Assembly (NCBI RefSeq): GCF_009914755.1 | Contig: NC_060942.1 | From: the human T2T-CHM13v2.0 reference genome, Homo sapiens | Length of the DNA stretch: 64,000 nucleotides | Reading direction: 5' to 3' (one strand) | Shown here: in pieces, positions 43,191 to 56,839 of the stretch | Numbering within the stretch: the first letter of the stretch is position 1 | Layout: each line of letters starts with the position of its first letter | Notes under the pieces: model-generated | Database searches by the model: none | Told to the model about the DNA's origin: nothing | What the model saw: only the letters and a program-made list of their open reading frames with translations | Made by a program: the position numbers and the translations under genes

Positions 43191-45409
43191 TCTCAGTCCT
43201 TGAAACAACCAAAAGATTCTCTCCAATGCCTCCATTCTCTACTCCTACCCTACAGTGGGAACTGCTATGACCCCATTCCTGGGCATTAACAGTTACTTTC
43301 TGGTTTCCGTTAGAGTACGATGAATTTTTTCTTGTTCACTGTTGAATCCCCTGTGACTGGTACATAATAGGTGCTCACCAAATGCTTTTGAATGAACACT
43401 ATCTGGTACAGGATGTGCTATAGAGAAATCGGTGCTTTAGAAAGATTAACCTTCCAAATATTTACTTCAGCAGATCCACTCTCATTAAATCCCTGATGGT
43501 TGGAGTCTTTAGCACTTGTGAACAACCCCAGAAAAGATGGGAGGAGAGAGGTGAAAACTGACACTTGTTGATACCTACTATATACAGTACACTGGGCCCT
43601 CTGTGTGTTGCCTTACAAGGCAGTTCTCACCATCCCTGCCTCATGGATTAGGAGGATTCTGTGCCCAACATGGCTCCGGAGTAAGCAGAAGAGCTGCAAT
43701 TTGGCTCTTGGGTCCATGCTCTTTTTGTTCCAACTGCTATGACCGTCCCAGTGCGTTTTGCTCATCAACACTCACCCTCCTTTTAGAAAACATATCTTCA
43801 GAGATTTCACAACAAGCTCAATTTACTTTCCAGTGATGTCCAGACAAATTCCATCTTTTCAGAGTTTTGGCTGTTTAAATATAACCAACTTATCTGTCCC
43901 ATTACCTCAGTCAAGCTTCAGAGTATTTAGACAACAAGCATCTTGGCAAATGCCTTCCAGCCACTTCCAGCATGCACACATCCCTTAATGCTCAACTAAT
44001 GCAACTCTAAGTAGCTTCTTTGGGAAGTAGCTTCTTTGGGAATGTAATAAAAGCTCATTTTGTAAATCTGGTTAGGCATGAGGGGGGCATGGAATAAAAC
44101 TGGAATTTGCAAAGTTCTTCCTTCATGCCAGGTCCCCTCTGCATTTTCTCCTTGGGTAGCTGGTCCAGAGGATGTCTATTTCAAAGTCTAGCTGGTTTGC
44201 CAGGAGCCACAGGGCAATGGAAAAGAAGAGCCCTAGTGTTGCTTCTCAGGGAAGATTGTTGCTTCATCCTACACAGGATTCTGGGAGGAGGGGAAGAAGC
44301 CCCACCAGGGAGTCTTTGGAGGCTCACAGGCTGTTGCCCCCTTCAGAGTAGGGACAAATGGCTCAGGAGCATCCATCTGTCTCCCTGTCTCCCTGCTCCC
44401 ATCTCCTCTTTAAGCTTGTTTGGCTTCCTTCTTGGCACATCCCTTCCTGCCATCACACCTACTGCTCCTGCACTGTGGCTTCATTTTCTCTCCTCTCCTC
44501 CTTTACCTCATTTTCTCCTTATTCTCCTTCCTTTCTTTCTTGTATCTATCTAAAACTTCCCAATCCTTTCACTCTTTCATTCCTTTGTGCCAATCATAAC
44601 TACATTATTTCCCTTCTCACTACCTCCACAAAATGTCCCTTTCCACTCCAGGTGAGGCTTTTTATGTCTTTTCTTCTTTGGTAATGCACAGTTATTATTC
44701 AACTACTTATGGTTTTTACTAGAGCTCTCCATTAAGGCATCCACCACCCACTGCCAGCATTCCTCATTGGAGTTTATACCAAGACTCCATGAGGGTACCA
44801 CAATTAAAGCCTCCTAAGTTTGGTTCACCTCAACCTAAGTCCAGAGGGCCCATGCTTCTGTTCCCATCAGGGTTGGGCAAATCAATAACCGATCTGTCTC
44901 TCCTCTCTATTCTCTTGTGTGAGTTTACAAAGAAAAGGTGAGCATTTCATTTAGCTATTTCAGTAACTGAGCAAGACTCCATTTCCAAAAGTGATACACT
45001 TTTATTTCTGAAATTGTGTACCACCTATAACTAGATTCCTCAGGAGCATGCCATTGCTTCAACCCTGAGCAGGCTGCTTAGGAAGCAGTGATTTAAATTC
45101 CACTGGCCAAGACACAAGCTGAAAAAGACTGAGGTGCTTGCCATTTCCTTTCATCTGGAGATGCAGGATGCAAATGGCATTTAATTAAAGTCATAAATCT
45201 AGTTTTTGTTTAGTTGGTTTTGCTGTTGCTAAATCTAATCTGATTTTGCTTGCTTACTGAATGCTTTGACCACTAAGCAAAAATTGTAAAATAAATGAAG
45301 ATAGTTTCCAGCCCCTCTCCCACCATCCCCTCTCCCTTCTTATAGCTGTCTGCACCCCAGCACTGCCCCATTACACCCCTGAGAAGCCTGTGTGCAGACC
45401 TGAGTGAGC

Positions 45410-45760
45410 CCAGGAATCACCTAAGGTGTTATTCAAAATACAGATTCTGTTATGGGGGGTGGGGCTGAGAGCCTGCATTTCTAACAAGCTCCCAGGTGAA
45501 GCTGATGCTGAACCCTCATTCACCTGGAGTAGCAAGGGCATAAAATGTGTGCAGAAAGAGCATAGACAGAAAGATCTAGGTCAGGGTTTCTCAATCCTGG
45601 CTGAACATTACCATTACCTAGGGAGCTTTTAAAAATTCCAGTGCCCGGGTTACACCAATTAAGTCAGAATCTCTGGGGAAGGGACCCGGTCATCAGCATT
45701 TTTTAAAGTCCCTAGATAAAGATGACTGTGTGCTGTCAAGATTGAGGATCTCAGTTCTCA
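45410..45760. mobile_element. Two adjacent MER5-type MITEs
   Basis: ctgcatttctaacaagctcccaggtga...agtagcaagg, followed by cagggtttctcaatcctggctg...agaatctctgggg. Confidence 0.7.
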
Positions 45761-47739
45761 GGGCTTCAAGGAAGGAGTGTTCACATCCACTGAACACTGA
45801 AGCTGAAAGGGAAGGGGAAGGCATTCTAGAAACAAGGCTGTAACTGAACTAAAAGGAACCCCTGTCTCCTGGTAGGTTTCAGCTCTTGTCAATAGACCAG
45901 CAGGAGGCATATGTTGGGAATGGTAGGCTTTGCAAAACTCTGTAATTCCAACACCCCATGGAATTCCAGACTGGTCTAGTGTGGCCACACACATCCATTG
46001 ATGGTCTTCTTTCACCTAGAGGTTTGTTTTGCTCTAACCCTGGTCTTCCCCAACACCCACAGATCACCAATGAGGTGGCAGCATCACCACCTACTACCTG
46101 TCAGTCTTCCACCAAGTCAGGATAAAAGCATGACTTAGGGTCTTCTTGTACAGAAAATGTGTGCTGAAAGCCAGTTTTAAAGGAGTGTAGGTTTACTGCC
46201 TGCGATGACCCTAAAACACATTTTGCCAGGATGAGAAACACCACGTAAGGCACAGAGGATTGGCACACCCAGGTGCTCCACTAGGAGAACTAGGGCCCAT
46301 CAGCTGGTGCTTAAGAAGACCTGAGATTCAACACCAGCCCATTAAGCATTTTCCCTACCCTCACCAAACACCAGCCTCCTCCCATTCCAAACACCCCCAT
46401 TCTGACTGCAAGTTATCCTTTTCCCCACCAGGAATACCTTTAATAGTCATCTGACTCCGAGCTTTACCTGAATAAGAAGCTCTTAGGACAGCATCTGATG
46501 GTATCTGTCCCGATTTCTACCCCCTCCCAGGGACAGCCCTTCCTCTTGACTCCAAAGCCATGTTGTTCTTAGAAAATAAACATCTGTGCAGGAAAAGGGG
46601 ATCAAGGTTCTGTTGAAAAGGAAGAAGGTAGCTCAAGGGCCTAAAGGACATGCCACACTGAGCCCTTACAGAGGTCAAGTGCAGGAGAAGTGCATCCTCA
46701 CCAAAAGGAAGGAGAAGGTCTACATACCAGCCCAGCTTGCACAAAGGAAGACCCAGCTTCACACCATGGCACAGCACCTGAAAGGAGACGTGTGTTTATA
46801 CACATTGAATCCAAAGACAAAAAGCTTAAGCTACATAAGGCCCAGCTCTAGGGAGAAGAATTAAGGACTCACATGCCCACAGTCATTGGATGAGGGAGAG
46901 AACCTTAGGGAAGAGTCCAGGGCCCAACACAAAGAGGTTGGGAATGCTGTTGAGCAAAGAAGGCTGAGACAGTCTTAGCTCCTGTGTCAACTCACTGTGT
47001 GGCCCATGAAGCAGGTACCCTCACATCACTGACCCTGCAAAACAAGAAGAAGAGCACCATCTATAGCTTACACCCCATCATGAGATTGATTGAGGAAATA
47101 AATTCAGTTTGAGGAAGGAAAGTGCTTTGTAACATATAAAATACCATGTGCATGGTGACTTCAAACAGTACAGAATTTGTAAAGTTCATAGTCTGCAATC
47201 TTCAGTGAATACTTCACTCATTCATCAAATATTTATTGAGCACCTATTGTGTACAAGATGCTATACTTCAAGAAAACAAGGAAATTGCCGATAAGGGGCT
47301 CCTGGCTGTCTCCTAGAGATGAGACATATACATAAACAGCAATGACAGATAGCTGAGGCCTGGAAAAGGAAAGATAAAGAGCTCTCAAGCAGTTGCTGCT
47401 GCTCCCAGCCTCCATTTAAGGTGTTTACTCAGAGATCTTCCAGCCCAAGGTCAACAGAGAGAACTGCCCAGAGCTCAGTGGGAAAGAGCAAGGATGGCTC
47501 AGACTCTGCGGGCTGGCAAGATAAGCAAATCAGCTGGTCAGAATATTATGTGCCCATGACATTCCAACATGGCAAGGTTAACTTCTTAGAACATGCAGAA
47601 TAGCATTTAAACTCCTTACCCATCTCTCTACTGCCTGAATTCACTTTTGATTGGGGTTCTTGGACAATGGCCCTGAAGATGCTCAGACACACCCACATGA
47701 ATACATCACTCACAGCACAAGCATGAACAATTAAAATCG

Positions 47740-47924
47740 CTAATGTTTATTAGCTACTTAATATGTGCTAGGCACTGCACTAAGCAACTTGCATGCATTA
47801 TTTCTTCTGAAACAATCTTATGAGGTAGGCACTATTATTGTCCTCACCTCACAGATGGGATGAGAAAACCAAGACACAGAGAGGTTGTGGGGCTTCCCCA
47901 AGGATGCACAGCTAAGTAGGTGGG
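47740..47924 (-). mobile_element. MIR SINE, left part; continues at 50911-50960 after the THE1 insertion
   Basis: Rejoined ccaaggatgcacagctaagtagGTGGGggagccaggatttgaatccagg is a contiguous MIR core. Confidence 0.85.
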
Positions 47925-48269
47925 TGGTAGGGTTTGGCTCTGTGTCCCCACCCAAATATCGTTTGGAATTTTAATCCTCATATTCCCCATGTGTCAAAGT
48001 CGGACCCAGTAGGAGGTGACTGGATCATGGGGGCAGCTTCCCTATGCTGTTCTCATGATAGTGAGTTTTCACAAGGTCTGATAGTTTTATAAGTGTTTGG
48101 CAAGTTCCTCCTTCTCACACACTCTCTCTCTCCTGCTGCTATGTGACAAGGTCCAAGTTTGCTTCCCCTTCTTCTGCCATGACTGTAAGTTTCCTCAGGT
48201 CTCCCCAGCATTGTGGAAATGTGAGTCAATTAAACCTCTTTCCTTTATAAATTACCCAGTCTTTGGCAG

Positions 48270-48557
<288 letters not shown>

Positions 48558-50030
48558 AGCAGTTTTTATAACAGTATGAAAACAGACTAATACAGTAAAT
48601 TGGTACCAAGATAGTGGGACAGTGCTATAAAGATACTTGAAAATGTGGAAGCAAGTAGGGAACTGGGTAACAGGCAGAGGTTGGAACAGTTTGGAGAGCT
48701 CGGAGGAAGATAGATAGAAAGATGTGGGAAAGTTTGGAACTTCCTAAAGACTTGCTGAATGATTTTGACCAAAATGCTGATAGTGATATGAACAGTGAAG
48801 TCCAGGCAGAGGTGGTCTCAAATGGAGATGAGGAACTTGTTGGGAACTGGAGTAAAGGTCACTCTTGCTATGCTTTAGCAAAGAGACTGGTGGCATTTTG
48901 CCACCTCCCTAGAGATCTGTGGAACTTTGAACTTGAGAGAGACGATTTAGGATATCTGGCAGAAGAAATTTCTAAGCAGCAAAGCATTCAAGAGGTGACC
49001 TCGGTGCTCTTAAAAGGATTCAATTTTATGCATTTACAGAGAGATTGTTTGAAATTGGAACTTATGTTTAAAAGAGAAGTAGAGCATAAAAGTTGGGAAA
49101 ATTTGCAGCCTGACGATGTGATGGAAAGAAAAACTCATTTTCTGGGGAGAAATTCAAGCTGGCTGCAGAAATTTGTCTAACCAGAAGCCAAATGTTAATC
49201 GCCAAGACAATGGGGAAGATTACTCCAGGGCATGTCAGAGAACTTTGCAGCAACCCTACCATCCTGGGCCCAGAGGCCTAGGAGGAAAAACAATGGGCTG
49301 GTCCAGGGCCCCACTACTGCCCTATGCAGCCTCGGGACTTGGTACCCTGCATCCCAGCCATGGCTAAAAGGGGCCAGTGTACAGTTCAGGCCATTGCTTC
49401 AGAGGGTGCAAGCCTCAACCCATGGCGGCTTCCATGTGGTGTTGAGCCTGCAGGTGCACAGAAGTCAAGAATTGAGGTTTGGGAACCTCCACTTAGATTT
49501 CAGAGGATGTATGAAACGCCAGGATGTCCAGGCAAAAGTTTGCTGCAGGGGTAGAGACCTCATAGAGAACCTCTGCTAGGGCAGTGCAGAAGGGAAATGT
49601 GAAGTTGGAGCCCCCACACAGAGTCCCCACTGGAGGACTGCCTAGTGGAGCTGTGAGAAGAGGACCACCGTACTCCAGACCCCAGAATGGTAAATCCACT
49701 GTCAGCTTGCACTCTGCACCTGGAAGAGCCACAGACACTCAACACCAGCCTGCGAAAGCAGCAGGAGGAGAGCTATACCCTGCAAAGCCACAGAAGCAGA
49801 GCTGCCTGAGTCTGTGGGAGCCCACCTCTTGCATCAGCATGACCTGGATATGAGACATGGAGTCAAAGGAGATTATTTTTGAGATTTAAGATTTAATGAC
49901 TGCACCACTGGATTTTGGACTTGCGTGGGGCCTGTAGCCCTTTGTTTTGGCCAATTTCTCCCATTTGAAATGGGAGCATTTATCCAATGCCTCCTGCACC
50001 CCCACTGTATCTTGGAAGTAACTAACTTGC

Positions 50031-50332
50031 TTTTTTTTTTTTTTTTTTTTTTGAGACACAGTTTGCTCTGTCACCCAGGCTGGAGTACATTGGCACTATC
50101 TTGGCTCACTGCAACCTCCACCTCCCAGGTTCAAGAGATTCTTCTGTCTCAGCCTCCCAGTAGCTAGGACTACAAGTGTGTGCCACCACACCCTGCTAAT
50201 TTTTGTATTTTTAGTAGAGACAGGGTTTCACCACATTGGCCAGGCTGGTCTCGAACTTCTGACGTCAAGTGATCCACCCGACTCGGCCTCTCAAAGTGCT
50301 GGGATTACAGGCGTGGGCCGCCGCACCCGGCC
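50031..50332 (-). mobile_element. AluS SINE inside the THE1 internal region
   Basis: Reverse Alu with poly-T; TSD a(c/t)ttgctttt. Confidence 0.93.
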
Positions 50333-50684
50333 ATTTGCTTTTGATTTTACTGGCTCATAGGTGGAAGGGACTTGCCTTGCCTCAGATGAAACTTTGGACT
50401 TTGACTTTCAAGTTAATACTGGAATAAGTTAAGACTTTGGGGGACTGTTGCTAAGGCACAATTTTGTTTTGAAATGTATAAAGAACATAATATCTGGGAG
50501 GGGCCAGGGGCAGAATGATATGGTTTGGCTCTGTGTCCACACCTGAATATCATCTCAAATTGTAATCCCAGTAATCCCCATATGTTGAGGGCAGGACCCA
50601 GGGCAAGGTGACTGGATCATGGGAGCGGTTTCCCCCATGCTGTTCTCGTGATAGTGAGTGAATTCTCACAAGATCTGATGGTTT

Positions 50685-50873
50685 TATAAGTGTTTGGCAA
50701 GTTCCTGCTCCACACCATCTCTCTCTTCTGCCGCCATTTGAGAAGGTCCAAGTTTGCTTCCCCTTCGCCTTCCACCATGACTGTAAGTTTCCTGAGGCCT
50801 CCCCAGCAATGTGGAAGTGTGAGTCAATTAAATTTCTTTTTTTTTTTTTTTCTAATAAATCACCCACTCTCAG
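50685..50873 (+). promoter_or_regulatory. Candidate LTR promoter (TATAA 50685) and non-coding first exon ending at donor CAG|GTAGTT (50873/50874)
   Basis: TATA and splice donor lie at the canonical THE1 LTR positions, in sense orientation to SLC14A2. The ATG exon has an acceptor and so needs an upstream donor. Actual use is inferred. Confidence 0.6.
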
Positions 50874-51054
50874 GTAGTTCTTTATAGCAGTATGAGAATG
50901 GACTATTGCAGTGGGGGAGCCAGGATTTGAATCCAGGTATTCTGTCTCCACTGTGCCACCACTGTCTAATAACACTAAAATTAACTACCTAGAGCCACCT
51001 CGGGGCAGCTTGTGTATATAAGTATGTGTGCATGTGTGTATGTGTAGGGGTGTA

Positions 51055-51109
<55 letters not shown>

Positions 51110-51111
51110 GA
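51055..51111. repeat. Compound (TG)n(AG)n microsatellite
   Basis: Directly visible, ~150 bp downstream of the THE1 3' LTR. Confidence 0.95.
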
Positions 51112-52029
51112 CTACTACATTGTGAAATAGTCCACCACACAAGCCAGAGCAGAGGTCACCATGCTCCTAAGAGGCCAGGAAGGCACCATGGCCATGTTAG
51201 GGGTGGGTGTGTGAGCAGGATGTGTGTGAGTAAAGGAGATCAATATTCGTGCATGTGGAACTGAATTGGAGGTAGCTGTGGGACCTCAGGAGGCCACCTG
51301 CCCAGAACAGTGGCACACACTGCAGAGAAGCTGAAAATTGTCTTGGGCACAAGTGGAGCACCCCTGGGTAGAACCGAGGGAGATTGAGAACAGTTGCTAT
51401 CTTCAGAGCTTTTTAACTTCTCCCCCTAAGTAGCCTCAACTGATGGGAGAATTGACACATTACCCCTACGTAATAGGTGGGCACAGCCTGAAGCAGCCAC
51501 CTGCAGACTCTACATTTCTTCCCTTTATATTTTATTTTAATAATATAAAGAGTTGCATTTGACTATTTTATAAACCATGTTTGCTTAAATATACAACTAT
51601 TATTCTATATTAGTTCATATCAAGCTCAATCAGCATTCCAGAAAACTGTGCTTCTCAGTGCCCTGGGCATTGACTACTCTGGCTCAGAGTTTCATGCCCA
51701 GTTTCAGGAGCGAAGCACTCAGACATGGAGCACCTCAGAAGGTTTTTGAGCAGTGGCACGACCAAGTCATGTTTTAAGATAATTTACCCATCACCAGTGG
51801 CAAGGTGGAGAAAAACTGGGGAGACTGAAGTGAGGGAAATCAGCTAGAAGGTGACCTGCGTTGGGGAGGGCCTGGCTCAAAGGGAGATAATGGGCTGATC
51901 CAGACTGAGGGCTCTGAAGGAGAACTCGATGGCTGAATAATTGCAACTGATGGAATGCAAGAGGCAATAAATAAATTGCCATTTATTCATGGGATGAGAG
52001 GGCTCAATATGTGGAACATTGAAGGGTCA

Positions 52030-52378
<349 letters not shown>

Positions 52379-53612
52379 CTATGAGATTCTTCCAAACACA
52401 AGCTAAGGAGGAGCATCAAAAGAGGTCAAGTGGTCTGCTCTCTCCCCCACCTCATCTCACAGCCACTGCAGGCTCCTCAGAGCTTTTCTGCTGGAGGCCA
52501 GAATTCCCCTGCCAGGCTCTGGTTAGATTCTCAGCTGCAGAACCCCAGCCCTGGCCCTGCAGCAGAAACCAGAAAGATAAAGCCCCTGGCCCACTGGCCA
52601 CCAGCCATCTCTAACCCCAGCCAGTCCTCAGAGGACCCAGAGGAGGTGGTGCTGCCTCTGACTCCTGCCCCACCCAGCCTGACCCGCTGGCCCCAGTGAG
52701 TCAGTCTCCTCTCAGCCCAGATCAGACTTACTAACTTGGAGCTGCCAAGAAAACTCTGAGCCACCCCTAATAAAAGCCGGCACTCAGCCAGGCTCTTATA
52801 CAACCCAGCCCTGAGTAAGGCACCTCTCAGCCCAGCTACTGGACTGTTTACCTGCCTTGTCTTCTTAGTGCCCAGGTGTCTCCTGGATTCCTCCCCTCCC
52901 TGATCTCCCTGATGTGTGATCCACCAGTCCAGGGGCCTCATCTGTCCCCATTCTGGCAGCCTGACCAAACATCCACCTAGCCCCACACACCTGATTTTTC
53001 ACCTTCAGAGTCTACCAACTCAGGGATGAGTGAAGCCAGTGCTCCCAGGGACCCAGCCTGACTCACTCAGCAAGGTCCTTTCAGAATGATGCTGTCACTG
53101 AGATCCTGGTGGCAAGATGGCAGAGAGTCTGGGGTTGTGTTTGGTGAGCCAGAGTGAAGGACAATCAAGCAGACTGCCCTAGAAAAATGAAGGCTTAGGA
53201 TCAACCTCTGAAGTGCTCTTAGGTGGGAAAAGGAGTCCCTGTATCCTGTGCAGGTATAATGGACAGAACTGGAAACAGCAAAGAGAAAAAGTCCCAGGGA
53301 CTTGATGTCAGCTCCACAGATACAAGGGTTTCTAGTAAGCAGGGCTGTTCTCAACAAGACCAACCTGCCTCATGGGAAAGGGACCCCAGCCAGGAGAAGC
53401 TAGGTATCCAGAGGCGTTAAAGAATGGATTCCTTCATCATTTCAGAGAGGACATCCCTCTTGGTTCTAAGGTTGTAGAAATTTATGGAAACTCTCCTTGC
53501 ATCAATTGCAAGGTCTTAGGCAAAATATATCAATCCAACTAATATTCTGGAGAACCTGCTAATCACTTTTACTTCTCCAGAGCTGCTGTGGTCTCAATAA
53601 CTGAGTTGGTTA

Positions 53613-53955
<343 letters not shown>

Positions 53956-56839
53956 TCATCCCCAGATGACCAGGGGACTGGTATACTTAAGCCCAAGAGA
54001 CTAGGGATAGGGAGAGAGCTTTGACTCTGCACTAATTCACACCAACAACTCAAGAAATCCCTTTGAACATGGGCCCCTTACATCCCAGGGCAGCAGGAGC
54101 ATACGAAATAGGCACAGCCCCTCTTCACTGGGCATGGGCGTGTTTCTGCAATTCTACTGGAGATGGATGATCTTTAGGAGAAAATAATCAGGAAAAGAAT
54201 TTCAAAATTAGTACAATAGAGCAGGAGCCACAGTTTTTCTAACCATTGGAAGAATTTGGGTCCAAACCTAGACACTAAGGACTCCTGACAGTCTGGTTCT
54301 CACACCCTAGTTTTGTCTTTGATTGCCTGCTGACATCTCTCCCATGCTGTAGCAGAGTCCATGCTGGGACTTGCTTGCCCAAACCATGTATTTTCTCAGG
54401 CATTTCTCTGGAGTGTGCTCCTCTTTCTCACCTGCTTAGCCAAGTCCTGACATGGAAGCTGAGCCCAGTCTCCCCAGGGCTGGGAGGGCAGGGCAGCCGC
54501 TCTGTGCTCTCTGCACCGCCCTCTTGCCCTCTGCCCTTGTGCCTCCTGCTCAGGACACAGTGCCTGCTCACTGCTTCTCCTGGGCACTCGAATGTGAGCC
54601 CTTTGCAGGCAAGGACTGGGCCTTCCAGCAATGATCCCTCCAGGGTAGCCCACAGGCGAACGGTAGATATTCAACAAGGAGGGTTCTTACAAAGAGGATG
54701 GAGGAGCTGGTCTGTTTTGGGAGCCCCTTGCCAGACATTTGAGGCCTGGTTTTTGGAGAGACGTGGGACTGATCCAAACAGCCTCTCTGTCCATATTTCT
54801 GAAGGAGAAGAGGAGGTGTGGGCAGCCAAGGAGAGTCTGAGTGCGCCAAGCAGATCATTATGTGTTCTTGGAAGCAGGTTTAATGGACTGGCGCTGAGCT
54901 GAGCTGGGAACGGGCTGAGGCCCTCAGCCCGGACGTGGCTCGGGCAGGGATTTCACATCCAGTTCTAACAAGTGGCGACGCCTTATGGAAACTTTTGAAA
55001 GCTGTTCCGTTTCACACCAGCCAGCTTGTACTTCATCTGGCTGCTCCCACCCTCTCTCCCTTCAATTTGGGAGCACGAGAAGAGGGAAAAGTAAGATCAC
55101 TAAGCGCCTACTATGTGCCAGGAACCAAGTCAGCAATTTCACTGTCCTGAGAAGCCTACGTTGCCCTTCGGAGACATGGAGGCCCACGCGGCCCCGAGTG
55201 GCAGAGCAGGGAGGCAGGAGCAGCCCCACCTCACAGCCTGTGCTCCTTCCGGATGCGGAGACTTGCTCTCCACAGGGCCATTGGTGCTGCATGTCTCGCC
55301 CCCTACCCCAAAGCCAAAATTCCCCGTTGTAACAGAGTAAACATTCCCGTGGCAAAGGAACGCTGTATTCCCTAGAGGAGGTGCAAGGCCCTGTTCCTGC
55401 AGAGGATACATAGGATTGAGAAACACAACAGCGGGCTGAGGCCCTGGACCCAGGCGCTCAAGGGCCAGCCACTCGGCTGTGCATGGCCCAGCCAGGCAGT
55501 CAGAGTAATGGAGAGCGCAGTGGGGAACTGGGTCTAACCTTGACTCTGCAGCAAACTGCTCATTTTCTGGGTCCTGCAAATGTCACAATGAGGTGAGCTT
55601 GCTCTGGAAAATGCTGAGAGCAACATACACATGAGAAACAATTCCTATTTTGCTTTTCAAGGACATGATTTATCTGTAAATGGAAATATTGTCTGCATAC
55701 AGAAGGGACTCAAAGGTGGAGTACCTTTTTGGAGAGTACCCTAGAAAGAACTTCCCTTGTGCAATAATAATAATAAAGGGATTTTTAGGTGTAAGGCTTT
55801 CTGTTGGGTGGTATAAATGCAGAAATTAACAAGGTAATGGCCCCTGTTCTTACAGGGATTATAAAGTAGACACATTTTTTTTTCATCAAAAGAAATATAA
55901 AAATCTTTAAATTCTTACGGTTAGGAAATAATTTCTGAGTATACCCATTCTCAACTCCTACCTGTATACTTCAGCCCCACCACTTAAAAGAACACTATAT
56001 TTCCTTGATTATATGATGTATATTATTTTCATATTTTAACATTTCTAAAATCAGGATGCATCTTGAAATTATGAATGGAAGCATTTTCTTCTTTCTTTAT
56101 GATACATAAAATAGTGATCAATCTTACAGCTGATAACATCTTAGATTCCATGAAATATGTTTAGGAAAAACCTTTATCATTACCACTTTTCAGCTAGACT
56201 TTTAATAGATTTCATAGCCACTGAATTTAACACAAGGCCTTTCCGGAACATATCTAGTTCATCCAGTTGTATAGTGTCATGCAGATTGTGTGTCTAGATA
56301 TCTGATTGCCCCTGCTTACTTTTCATATGGTTGGCTTGGAGGGAAATTTTTACCAAGGGCCAGGGATGCTGTATCACCTCTTGGCCACCAGAGGGAGAGA
56401 GCGCATTGGAGAGGAACAGGTTCTGGGGCTTGTCGGATTTCACTGTCTCCTAAACCTTTCCAGCATGCCCCCTCTATGGCAGTGTGCCCACCCCTTACTG
56501 AAACCCTACCTACAGGGTCAGAATACAAGGAAAGGCCTCCATTCCGGAGTTATGGCAGCATCAGGGTTAGTTAGATCTGAATGACATTTGCAGACCTACA
56601 CAAAAATTCACAGTGGTCTAATGAGCTCCTCCTGGGAATGAGAACGGTGCTAGACATGACAGGGGGTTCTGCCTGCAGAAAATGCATGGCTGGTGGGTGG
56701 CCCCACGCTGTTCTGAAACCACTGGAGATCCCTGAGATCCACAGAGATTTGTAAAGTTATGCAGAGAAGTGTTCCCTATCTATCAGTCACCTGTAACCTT
56801 GCTCACAGTCGCTTCCTCCCCCCCACCTCTTCCTTCCAT

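Noticed and set aside
48722-49180. 152-aa ORF (MWESLELPKDLLNDFDQNADSD...) and neighbouring ORFs to 49853
   Set aside because: Remnant of the THE1/MaLR internal ORF, broken by frameshifts and stops; found in many THE1-int copies and not a host gene.
50608-50619. DUX4 site at the usual THE1 position
   Set aside because: Both LTRs read TGACTGGATCA, which departs from the TAAYYYAATCA consensus.
54375-55579. Cluster of 100-175 aa ORFs on both strands
   Set aside because: Expected in GC-richer sequence; no recognisable domain or splice-consistent structure.
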